A stretch of 32,000 nucleotides of DNA from Wigglesworthia glossinidia endosymbiont of Glossina morsitans morsitans (Yale colony) (GCF_000247565.1 NC_016893.1:300001-332000); one strand, 5' to 3'; positions 20,261 through 29,695 are shown, counted from the stretch's first letter. Program-made: numbers and translations. Notes: a model not told the origin generated them from the sequence alone.

Positions 20261-20962
20261 ATGTTTAAAAAAATAAATTTTTTAAAAAATTCTAATTTTG
20301 ATGATATGGCATCTAAATGGTGGGATATAAATGGAATATCAAAATTTTTACATTTAATGAATCCACTGAGAACACAATATATCACTAATGCTTCTCAAGG
20401 AATTTTTGAAAAAAAAATATTAGATATTGGATGTGGAGCAGGAATTTTGTCTGAAAGCTTATGTAATGCAGGCGGAATAGTTACTGGACTAGATATCAGT
20501 AGTAACATGATACATGAAGCACGTATGCATGCAAAAATTAAAAATTTAAATATTCGATATGTTAATGAAAATGTATTAGCACATATTAAAAATCATATAC
20601 AATATTATGACACAATTGTTTGTATGGAAGTTTTGGAACATACTCGTCATCCTATGGAAATAGTACATATATGTTCACAACTTATAAAACCAGGAGGAGA
20701 TATATTTTTTTCGACTATTAGTCGTACTTTGATTTCTTTTTTTACTATAATTTTTTTAGCAGAGTATTTATTTCGATTTATACCAATTAAAACGCATAGT
20801 TTTGCACAATTTATTACTCCATGTGAATTGCTTGCTTGGTTAGATAATACTGGTCTAAAAGCGCAAGATATTATTGGTATAAAATATAATCCATGTACAA
20901 GAAATTTCTACTTATCTCCGAACGTCAATACAAATTATATAATACATGCACGTTTATTATAA
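20261..20962 (+). CDS. ubiG: Ubiquinone biosynthesis O-methyltransferase
   Basis: 233 aa; ASKWWDINGISKFLHLMNPLR, LDIGCGAGILSESL, CMEVLEHTRHP; divergent from gyrA as in E. coli. Confidence 0.95.
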   Translation: MFKKINFLKNSNFDDMASKWWDINGISKFLHLMNPLRTQYITNASQGIFEKKILDIGCGAGILSESLCNAGGIVTGLDISSNMIHEARMHAKIKNLNIRYVNENVLAHIKNHIQYYDTIVCMEVLEHTRHPMEIVHICSQLIKPGGDIFFSTISRTLISFFTIIFLAEYLFRFIPIKTHSFAQFITPCELLAWLDNTGLKAQDIIGIKYNPCTRNFYLSPNVNTNYIIHARLL

Positions 20963-20964
20963 TA

Positions 20965-22062
20965 CTATATAATTAGTTGATTTAAAACACATCTTAAAGG
21001 TTCAGCAGCTCCCCATAACAATTGATCTCCTACAGTAAAAATAGAAAGATATTTATTACCTATGCTTAATTTTCTTATACGACCAATTGCAATATATAAC
21101 GAGCCTGATACACTTACGGGAGTAAGGTCATTGATTATTTTTTCTGGATCATCCGGTATTATTTTTACCCAAGCATTATGATTAGATAAAATTTGTTCTA
21201 TTTCTAAAATAGAAACATTTTTTTTTAATTTTATTGTAAACGATTGACTATGACATCTAAGTGAACCTACACGTACGCAAGTACCATCTATAGGAATAAC
21301 ATGATTTAAATTAAGAATTTTAAAAACTTCTTCTTGATATTTTTTTTCTTCCAAGCTTTGTTGAAATTTAATTTTTTTTCCAATCCAAGGCATAATATTA
21401 TATGCTAAAATAGAATTTTGAAAAATGTTTTTATTTTTTATTAGTTTATGTATCTTATTTTCTATCTTCAAAATATCAAAAGCTGGGTTATTTAATTTAT
21501 TTCCTAATAAACTATGTATTTTATTAATTTGTAACAATAATTTACGTGTATAATTTGAACCTGCTCCAGTAGCAGCCTGATATGTGGCAACCGAAACCCA
21601 TTCAATCAATTTTTTTTCAAATAATCCTCCTAATGCAATTAACATTAAACTGACAGAACAATTACTTCCTATAAAATCTTTATATCCTTGAAATATTTTT
21701 TTTTTAACTATACTACGATTAACCGGTTCTAAAACAATACATGAATTTTGATGCATGCGTAATATAGAAGCAGAATCGATCCAATATCCTTGCCAATTTA
21801 ATTTTCTTAGTCTATTATGTATAATTTTAGTATATGAGTTGCCTTGGCAACTAACAATAATATCTAATTCAATTAATATTTCTAAATTAAATGCATGATA
21901 AATAAAATTTAATTTATTATTAATAATAGTTTTATACCGTCCATTTTGTGATGAAGAAAAAAAAACTGGTCGAATATACTTAAAGTCATTTTCTTCTTGC
22001 ATGCGTTGAATTAAAACTGATCCAACTAAACCTCGCCAACCTATAAAACCAACATATTTCAT
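20965..22062 (-). CDS. asd: Aspartate-semialdehyde dehydrogenase
   Basis: 365 aa; VGFIGWRGLVGSVLIQRM, FIGSNCSVSLML (catalytic Cys), VSVATYQAATGAG, PIDGTCVRVGSLRCHSQ. Confidence 0.97.
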   Translation of the reverse strand: MKYVGFIGWRGLVGSVLIQRMQEENDFKYIRPVFFSSSQNGRYKTIINNKLNFIYHAFNLEILIELDIIVSCQGNSYTKIIHNRLRKLNWQGYWIDSASILRMHQNSCIVLEPVNRSIVKKKIFQGYKDFIGSNCSVSLMLIALGGLFEKKLIEWVSVATYQAATGAGSNYTRKLLLQINKIHSLLGNKLNNPAFDILKIENKIHKLIKNKNIFQNSILAYNIMPWIGKKIKFQQSLEEKKYQEEVFKILNLNHVIPIDGTCVRVGSLRCHSQSFTIKLKKNVSILEIEQILSNHNAWVKIIPDDPEKIINDLTPVSVSGSLYIAIGRIRKLSIGNKYLSIFTVGDQLLWGAAEPLRCVLNQLII

Positions 22063-22149
22063 GATCTAATGTCTCTTTTATATCTTTAAGTTATTTAGTA
22101 ATTAATTTTTAATTAAACATATTAAAACATATAAAACATAGGAAATTAT

Positions 22150-22746
22150 ATGAATCAATTATTGTCAAATGTCATTTGGTTATTTTTTATAATAGATCCT
22201 TTTGGTAATTTACCAATAGTTATATCTATGTTGCATAAATATGATAGTAAAAAACAACGTAGCATTATAGTAAGAGAAATGTTAATTGCATTAATTTTTA
22301 TGACATTATTTTTATTTTTTGGAAAAACTTTATTATCTATTTTTAATCTTAAAATAGAAATTGTTTCTATTTCCGGAGGTATTATTTTATTTTTAATGGC
22401 AATTAAGATGATTTTTCAAGATAATTATACCTCTACAGAACTAAAAAAAATCAACAAAATCCCATTTGTAGTTCCGATAGCTGTGCCTTTATTAGCAGGT
22501 CCTGGAATATTTTCAACATTAATTTTCTTATCTCAAAAAGAACAAAATAATAATTTAAACATTTTTTTTGCTCTTATTATTGCTTGGTGTGTATCTTTAT
22601 TAGTTTTTTTATTTTTTATTACTATTTTTAAGTTATTTAATAACAAAGGAGTTAATGAATTAGAGAGATTTATGGGATTATTATTAATTATGTTATCTAT
22701 TCAAATGTTTTTAGATGGTATAAAAAATTATTTTCATATTTTTTAA
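22150..22746 (+). CDS. yhgN: MarC-family inner membrane protein YhgN
   Basis: 198 aa; DPFGNLPIVISML, VREMLIALIFM, IETVSISGGI-like IEIVSISGGIILFLMAIKMIF, LLAGPGIFSTL; adjacent to asd as in E. coli. Confidence 0.9.
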   Translation: MNQLLSNVIWLFFIIDPFGNLPIVISMLHKYDSKKQRSIIVREMLIALIFMTLFLFFGKTLLSIFNLKIEIVSISGGIILFLMAIKMIFQDNYTSTELKKINKIPFVVPIAVPLLAGPGIFSTLIFLSQKEQNNNLNIFFALIIAWCVSLLVFLFFITIFKLFNNKGVNELERFMGLLLIMLSIQMFLDGIKNYFHIF

Positions 22747-22760
22747 TATATTAAATTATT

Positions 22761-24206
22761 TTATGTTCTTGTTTTTTGAGGTGTACGTAAAGTAGGAAAA
22801 AATATTACATCTCTAATATTCGTATTATTTGTTAATAACATAATAAATCGATCTATTCCGATTCCGCATCCAGCTGTAGGAGGTAATCCGTATTCTAAAG
22901 CTAATAGATAATTTGCATCATATTGCATAAATATTTTTTCTCCTAATTTTTTATTTTTTTCTTGTTGTAAGAATCTTGTTTTTTGCTCTTTTGGATCATT
23001 TAATTCAGAAAATCCATTTCCAATTTCGTTACCATTGATAAATAATTCAAATCGCTCTGTCAAAAAATTATTATCATTTTTGCATTTAGCTAGTGGCGAA
23101 ACTTCTGTAGGATAATCAAAAATAAAAGTTGGCTGAATTAAATGACTTTGTATTATTTCTGAAAAAATTATTTCTTGCAATTTTCCAATTCCCCATTGAC
23201 TATTAATTTGAATATTAAATTTTTTAGCAATATGAGTAATTTTTTTTAAATCGTTTAGATCTGTATTTTTAATATCAGAATGATATTTACAAATCGCATC
23301 TTGCATGCTTATTTTGTGAAATGGAGGCTTAAAATTTAATAAAATACTTTTATATTCAATTGTATATCGATTAAAAAGTTTTTTTACAACAGAACTTATT
23401 AGATTTTCTACAATTGTCATCAAATCTTGATAATCAATATATACAGCATAAAATTCCATCATGGTAAATTCTGGATTATGATTAATAGAGATACCTTCAT
23501 TTCTAAAATTACGATTAATTTCAAATATTTTTTCAAAACCGCCAATAATTAATTGTTTTAAATACAGCTCTGGAGCAATTCGCAGATATAAATTCATATT
23601 TAATGCATTATGATGTGTAATAAAAGGTTTAGCCAACCCTCCTCCTGAGATTTTATGCATCATAGGAGTTTCGACTTCAATAAAATTTAAATCTATCATA
23701 TGATTCCTAATACAATTTACGATTTTTGAACGCATTTTAAATGTATTTTTTGATTTTTTATTCATAATAAGATCTAAGTATCTTTGTCTATAGCGGATTT
23801 CTTGATTAGATAATTCTTGAAATTTGTTTGGTAAATGTTTAGTAGATCTTACTAAAGATACAACTGTATTGCATTTTATGGATAGTTCTTGAGTGTTTGT
23901 TTTAAATAATATTCCTTTTACTCCTATGATATCTCCGTGATTTAAATTTTTTAAAATTTCTTTATATTTTTTGTTTGTAATGTTTTTTTCTGCAATATAT
24001 AATTGTATTTTCGCATGTATATTTTGAATAACTAAAAATGAAGCTTTCCCCATAATACGTTTAAATATTAAACGTCCTGCAACTTTTACAGTAATATTTT
24101 TCATTTCTAATTCTGATTTAGAAAAATTTGAATAGCATTTATTTATTTTTTGTATACTAATATTTTGTCTAAAATTATTAGGAAAATCTACTTTTGTTTT
24201 GTTCAT
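22761..24206 (-). CDS. lysS: Lysyl-tRNA synthetase (class II)
   Basis: 481 aa; RYRQRYLDLIMN, FIEVETPMMHKISGGGLAKPFITHHNALNMNLYLRIAPELYLKQLIIGGFEKIFEINRNFRNEG, GLPPTAGCGIGIDRFIMLL. Confidence 0.98.
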   Translation of the reverse strand: MNKTKVDFPNNFRQNISIQKINKCYSNFSKSELEMKNITVKVAGRLIFKRIMGKASFLVIQNIHAKIQLYIAEKNITNKKYKEILKNLNHGDIIGVKGILFKTNTQELSIKCNTVVSLVRSTKHLPNKFQELSNQEIRYRQRYLDLIMNKKSKNTFKMRSKIVNCIRNHMIDLNFIEVETPMMHKISGGGLAKPFITHHNALNMNLYLRIAPELYLKQLIIGGFEKIFEINRNFRNEGISINHNPEFTMMEFYAVYIDYQDLMTIVENLISSVVKKLFNRYTIEYKSILLNFKPPFHKISMQDAICKYHSDIKNTDLNDLKKITHIAKKFNIQINSQWGIGKLQEIIFSEIIQSHLIQPTFIFDYPTEVSPLAKCKNDNNFLTERFELFINGNEIGNGFSELNDPKEQKTRFLQQEKNKKLGEKIFMQYDANYLLALEYGLPPTAGCGIGIDRFIMLLTNNTNIRDVIFFPTLRTPQKTRT

Positions 24207-24315
24207 TATATGTGATATCGAAAGATAATAAATAGTTTCAAGATTTATTGATTTACAAAAATTTAAGATAGCATATAAATTTTATATAATACATCAAAGT
24301 TTTATTGAATAATTA

Positions 24316-25357
24316 TTAAATATTAAATTTTAAATTGCTTTTAATAAAAACATCCAAGTCTCCATCTAAAATAGATTGCACTCGATTAGATACGACGCCA
24401 CTTCGCAAATCTTTTACTCGCGAATTATCAAAAACATACGATCGAATTTGATTTCCCCAAGCAATTTTTGATTTAGACTGTTCTAAAATTTTTTTATTTG
24501 CGTTTTTTTTTATCATTTCTAAATTATATAATTTAGATTTTAATTGTTTAATGGCTTGTTCTTTATTTTTATGTTGAGAACGTCCGTTTTGACATTGCGT
24601 ACTGATATTAGTCGGTAAATGTGTTATTCTCACTGCAGATTCAGTACGATTTACATGTTGTCCGCCGGCTCCAGAAGCTCGATAAACATCGATTCGGATG
24701 TCTGCAAAATTAATATTTATTTTAATATTTTGATCAATATCGGGATATACAAAAACAGATGCAAATGACGTATGACGTTTTTTACCGGAATCAAATGGAC
24801 TTTTTCGAACTAAACGATGTATTCCGGTTTCATTTTTTAACCAACCATAAGCGTATTTTCCAGAAATTTTAATTGTAGCTGATTTAATTCCGGCTATTTC
24901 TGCATCAGATTTATCAATAATTTTTGTTTTAAAATTTTTACGATCAGCCCATTTTAAATACATTCTTAATAAAATTTTTGCCCAATCTTGGGCATCTATC
25001 CCTCCAGATCCTGGCTGCAAATCTATGTAGCAATTTTCACAATCATGTTTTTTAGAAAAAATATAAGTTAGTTCGATTTCATTGATTTCTTTATTTAAAA
25101 GGTAAATATCTTTTTTAATTTCCAATAAAGTATCGGTATCGTGTTCTTGAACAGCAAGATTGTGCAATATTTCAGTATCTTTAATTTTATTTTTTAAATG
25201 CTCAATAGAACGGTTGATTTTTTTTGATTGTAGATTTTCGTGATTAATTTTTTCTCTAAATTTATTTTTTTTCTTTTTTTTGTCAAAGATACTCTTGTAA
25301 AAATTTTATACGTTTGATACAAGAAAATATTTCTTTTTTTGTTAAAAAAGTTTCCAT
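24316..25357 (-). CDS. prfB: Peptide chain release factor 2, expressed through a programmed +1 frameshift; the ORF-track entry (24316-25167) lacks the true N-terminus
   Basis: ATG at 25357 encodes [24 protein letters not shown], then CTT TGA C (25288-25282). Shifting +1 continues [12 protein letters not shown]... into the ORF-track frame, with [21 protein letters not shown] (GGQ). Confidence 0.95.
25282..25297 (-). promoter_or_regulatory. prfB: prfB programmed +1 ribosomal frameshift site CAA GAG TAT CTT TGA C
   Basis: UAU CUU UGA C slip site matches E. coli exactly in sequence and phase; codon 25 is the in-frame UGA. Confidence 0.93.
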
Positions 25358-25435
25358 AATATATTAAGTATATAAAAAAACAAAAATTATAACATTTTTA
25401 ATTTAATATTCAATAAAAAATTGATTTTTAATATA

Positions 25436-27170
25436 TCACAATGGAAGTAAATGTATAATTATGAGTTGTAAACTATAATAACTTTCGTACTTATGAATAT
25501 TTAATTTATAAGCTATTAATGCCATATCAATTTTTTTATTTGGCCATATTGACAAATCACAGTTAAATAAAATTCCATTTAATATTGGACCACCAAATAT
25601 AGATTTAATTTGTATTTTTAAATGACATTTTCCTATTATATGTTGTTTAAGAACATAAAATTTTCCATCAAAAATAGGATAAGGAAATTGATTACCCCAG
25701 GGAGCAGAAAGCAAAATTAATTTTGCAGTTTTCAAAGAACATTCATGTGGATATAGTTCTCCGTCAGACCAAAGAATCTTTTTTAAAGACATACCAATTA
25801 ATTTTGATTTCACTAATTTTAGAAAAATTTTTTTAAATGCATCTAAATTACAATATTTAATCACTAAACCAGCGGCTGTTTTATGGCCTCCGAATGATAT
25901 AATAAGTTTCGGATGTAACTTATTTAATTCATATAGTAAATTTCTTATATTAATTTCTGCAATAGATCTTACTGATCCTTTTAATAAATTATTTTTAGTT
26001 TTTGCAAATACTACAGTAGTACAATAAAAGTGTTCTCTAATGCGAGCTGCTACGATCCCTGATATACCTTCATGCCAATTTTTATCATATAGTACAAATC
26101 CTGAAATATTTTGTTTATTAAGTTTTGCTTCATGTTTACATGTCTTAATTGCTTGTTCTTCCGTAAAATGACTGATCAATTTTCTTTTTTTATTTAAAAA
26201 AAATAATTTTTTTACTATTGTAAAAGCATGTTCTATACTATCAGTAAGTAATAATGAGACTCCGATAGACATGTTTTTTAGTCTTCCAGCTACATTAATT
26301 ATTGGACTTAAGTAAAAACTGATATCTTCTGTAGATAAAACAGATATATCTAGTTTTAAAACGTCTATTAAAATTTGAATTCCAGTTCGACACTTTTTCG
26401 ATCGGATACGTTTTAATCCTTGATAAACCAAGATCCGATTATTTAAATCTAAAGGAACGCAGTCTGATATTGTGCCTAAAGCTACTAAATCTAAAAATTC
26501 GGCTAATTTAGGGATTTTAATTTTTTTTATTTTAAACCAATTATTTTGTATTAATACTTTGCGTAATGCAAGCATTAAGTAAAAAGCAACTCCTGATCCT
26601 GATAAACATTTTGAACGAAATTTACAATTTTTTAAATGAGGATTTACAATTGCGTGAGCGTTTGGTAATGTTGCGCATGGTAAATGATGATCTGTAATTA
26701 TGATTATCATACCTTTTTTTCGTGCTAATTCGACGCTTTTTAATGATGAAATTCCATGATCTACGGTAATAATAACATCACTTTTTTTTTTTTATAATAT
26801 TTAAGATTCTATGAGTCAATCCATAACCGTCTTTAAAACGATTAGGTATAATAAATTCTACGTATTTAGCACCCAATCTTAATAAGCACAATACTGATAG
26901 TGCTGTACCACATGCTCCATCTACGTCAAAATCTCCTACGACAATAATTTTTTTTCTTTGATATATTGCGTTTTTTAATATATAAGTCGCTTTATTAATA
27001 CCTGATAATTGTTGATAAGGTAGTAAATTCTTAGTTTTCCATTCAATTTCTTTAGTGGTTTTTATGCCTCTTTTTAAATATATTTGCTTTAAAATTGGAG
27101 GAATATTTTTATTTTTTATTTCTACGGATTCTTTTAAAGATCGACGAAGTATCGTGATTTGAGAATGCAT
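25436..27170 (-). CDS. recJ: ssDNA exonuclease RecJ, split into two ORFs (26778-27170 and 25436-26710) by a frameshift in an A12 tract
   Basis: N-part: IIVVGDFDVDGACGTALSVLCLLRLG; after the A-run the second frame reads SDVIITVDHGISSLKSVELARKKGMIIIITDHHLPC; C-part: SGSGVAFYLMLALR, GGHKTAAG. Removing one A gives 577 aa, the E. coli length. Confidence 0.93.
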
Positions 27171-27276
27171 AAACTACTCCAATTTTTTTAAAAAGATAGA
27201 TAATTTTGTAATATTTAATTTGGATTTATATCATGAATTAAAATGGTATCTTTTTAAAAGATGAACTTATAAAAGT

Positions 27277-27334
27277 ACTTTATTTTATTTAAATTTTGGA
27301 TTAAAAAAAATAAAGTGCATATGAAAATAAAGTG
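27277..27334. repeat. Inverted repeat (10-bp perfect arms, 20-nt loop) plus a second direct copy of the right arm
   Basis: ACTTTATTTT (27277-27286) / AAAATAAAGT (27307-27316), with AAAATAAAGTG repeated at 27324-27334. Confidence 0.8.
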
Positions 27335-27352
27335 ACAATTAGATTGAAAGCT

Positions 27353-27628
27353 TCACATAAAACGTTTATTAATTTTAGTTTCATGTATTACTGAAAATTT
27401 TTTTATTAAAATGACAATTTTATGAATATTTTTATTTTTTGGTATTTGATTGCAAATTAACCATTGGTATAAATAATTATCGTCATACATTAGCATTTTA
27501 AAAAAAAATTTTTTTTGTGATAGCTCTAATCCGTCAAATTTTTTTTTAAAAAAATTATTAATTATAATATCTAATTCTAACATACCACGTCTACATGCCC
27601 ATTGTATCATTGATTTTTTAGATTGCAT
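27353..27628 (-). CDS. sdhE: FAD assembly factor SdhE (YgfY)
   Basis: 91 aa; IQWACRRGMLELDIIINNFF...LYQWLI matches SdhE (HWACRRGMRELDISIMPFF). Confidence 0.92.
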   Translation of the reverse strand: MQSKKSMIQWACRRGMLELDIIINNFFKKKFDGLELSQKKFFFKMLMYDDNYLYQWLICNQIPKNKNIHKIVILIKKFSVIHETKINKRFM

Positions 27629-27762
27629 AAAATTTTAATTTATTTAAATGTTTAATTTTATATTATTTTTCTTTATTTTTTAATTTAAAAAGTTAAGATG
27701 CTTAAATATATATGAAAAAAACTTTATAAACTACACAAAATTATAAATTTTAGGTTATTTTT

Positions 27763-28707
27763 ATGTTGCACATTCTTAATAATTTAGCACTTGTTCAAGT
27801 TACCGGGAAAGATGCATTAAAATTTTTAAATAATCAATTTACATGTAATATTTTAAATTTAAAATATAATATGTTTAAAATCACATCACATTGTAACGTA
27901 AAAGGAAAGGTAATTAGTGTAATGTATGTTTTTTATTATCAAAATAAAATAGCATATATTCAAAATCGCAGTGTAAATCAGTTTCAAATTCAAAAATTAG
28001 AGCAATATTCTATTTTTTATGATGTAAAAATAATAGAACAAACTTCAGTAATTTTAATAGAATTATCTAATTTGAAAGCTCAATCTGTTTTGAAATCTAT
28101 ATTTCAAGTGATTCCAGATATATTTAATACTGTTGTACATCACGAATATTGTACGTTAATTTATTTAAATTATGATAAACCACGATATTTATTAATTATT
28201 GATATAAATAAAAAAAGTGATCTTATTTACAGTTTAAAAAAAAGTTTTTTTGCTACAGATTATCAAAAATGGTTAGCATGGAATATAAAATCAAAATTTC
28301 CAATTATCGAACGAAAAACGAGTGAACTTTTCTTTCCACAAGAAATTAATATGATTTCTTTAAAAGGAGTTGATTTCACTAAAGGATGTTACTTAGGTCA
28401 AGAAATAATATCACGTATTCACTATTTAAAAATAAAAAACAAATTTTTGGCTATCATGTATGGCAATTTTTCAAAAAATCCGAGTATAGGGGATATTATA
28501 GAATATAATGTAAATAAATCTTGGTTGCGAGCTGGAATAATTTTATCTGCTTATCGTATAAATATATTTTATTTTTTAATACAAGCGGTACTTGTAGAAA
28601 AAGTACATAAATCTGATAGAAAAAGATTTCGTTTACAAAAAAATCATAATAATTATTTGTTTTTTAAATCTTTTGCTGAAAAAAATTTATCTAAATCTTT
28701 TAGATAA
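27763..28707 (+). CDS. ygfZ: tRNA-modifying / folate-binding protein YgfZ
   Basis: 314 aa; GVDFTKGCYLGQEIISRIHY (KGCYxGQE signature); divergent from sdhE as in E. coli. Confidence 0.94.
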   Translation: MLHILNNLALVQVTGKDALKFLNNQFTCNILNLKYNMFKITSHCNVKGKVISVMYVFYYQNKIAYIQNRSVNQFQIQKLEQYSIFYDVKIIEQTSVILIELSNLKAQSVLKSIFQVIPDIFNTVVHHEYCTLIYLNYDKPRYLLIIDINKKSDLIYSLKKSFFATDYQKWLAWNIKSKFPIIERKTSELFFPQEINMISLKGVDFTKGCYLGQEIISRIHYLKIKNKFLAIMYGNFSKNPSIGDIIEYNVNKSWLRAGIILSAYRINIFYFLIQAVLVEKVHKSDRKRFRLQKNHNNYLFFKSFAEKNLSKSFR

Positions 28708-29430
28708 ATTTTTGTACTGAAGATAGTAAGCATCTATTTCTTTTATTATTTTTAAAATAACAAAAGAATACTGATAAACTGAAAAAGAACAAAATTTTTT
28801 AAAATTTTTTTCCGCATGATTAAATACGTAATCTGAAATTGATCTTATTGATATATAAGGAATTAAAAATTTTTGACATACTTGAGCTATTGCAGCTGTT
28901 TCCATATCTACAGCGCAAGCTTCAGGAAAAAATTTTTTTATTTTTACTGCATGCAGTATATTTTTATTATAAATAAATGTGTCTCCACTGACAATTAATC
29001 CTGATTTAAATTGTAACTTATTAAAAATAAGAATTTTTTTTATTAATTTTATAAATAATTTCGAAGCATAATAATATTGAGGCGCTCTAGGAATCTGACC
29101 GGTATTATATCCAAATGCACTTACATCTACATCGTGATAACAAAATTTTTTCGATAGTATCAAACTACCAATATTAATATCTTTTTTTAATGATCCAGAG
29201 ATACCTACATTAATTATTAAATGTGGATTAAAAGACTGAATAATATGCATAGTGCTAATTGCAGATAAAACTTTGCCGATACCTGATTCTACTATGAGAA
29301 TATTTGCATTATATGCAGTACCAAAATATGAAGTAAATATACTTTGCTTATTTTTTTTATTTATTGAACACATTTTACGAATAGTATATAGTTCTTTTTG
29401 CATAGCACCAATAATTCCTATTCTTATCAT
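28687..29430 (-). CDS. mtnN: 5'-methylthioadenosine/S-adenosylhomocysteine nucleosidase
   Basis: 247 aa; IGIIGAMQKELYTIRK, VESGIGKVLSA, NVGISG, YHDVDVSAFGYNTGQIP, CAVDMETAAIAQVC. Confidence 0.95.
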   Translation of the reverse strand: MIRIGIIGAMQKELYTIRKMCSINKKNKQSIFTSYFGTAYNANILIVESGIGKVLSAISTMHIIQSFNPHLIINVGISGSLKKDINIGSLILSKKFCYHDVDVSAFGYNTGQIPRAPQYYYASKLFIKLIKKILIFNKLQFKSGLIVSGDTFIYNKNILHAVKIKKFFPEACAVDMETAAIAQVCQKFLIPYISIRSISDYVFNHAEKNFKKFCSFSVYQYSFVILKIIKEIDAYYLQYKNLSKRFR

Positions 29431-29607
29431 AAGATAATTTTATACCGTGTATAATTTTTTTTGTATGTTTATATTGTAAAAAGTTTTATTTAGAATTAAT
29501 AATATTGATGTACACAATTTAATTTATTAATCAATTTACTATTTATTTTTTAAATTATTTTAATACAATTGATATATGTACAAATTTTATTAATTGATAT
29601 ATTTCTA

Positions 29608-29695
29608 CGGTGAGAGAGGGATTCGAACCCTCGATACGCACAATGCGTATACATGCTTTCCAGGCCTGCTCCTTAAACCACTCGGACATCTCACC
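29608..29695 (-). tRNA. serW-like tRNA-Ser(GGA): tRNA-Ser, anticodon GGA, 88 nt, no encoded CCA
   Basis: Minus strand GGTGAGATGTCCGAGTGGTTTAAGGAGCAGGCCTGGAAAGCATG...GAGGGTTCGAATCCCTCTCTCACCG; 7-bp acceptor, long 7-bp variable arm, T-arm GAGGG/CCCTC. Confidence 0.95.

Noticed and set aside
25168-25357. Initial reading of prfB as a truncated pseudogene lacking its N-terminus
   Set aside because: The upstream sequence joins through a canonical CUU-UGA-C programmed frameshift, so the gene is intact.
29252-29437. 61-aa plus-strand ORF
   Set aside because: Antisense to the mtnN N-terminal region.
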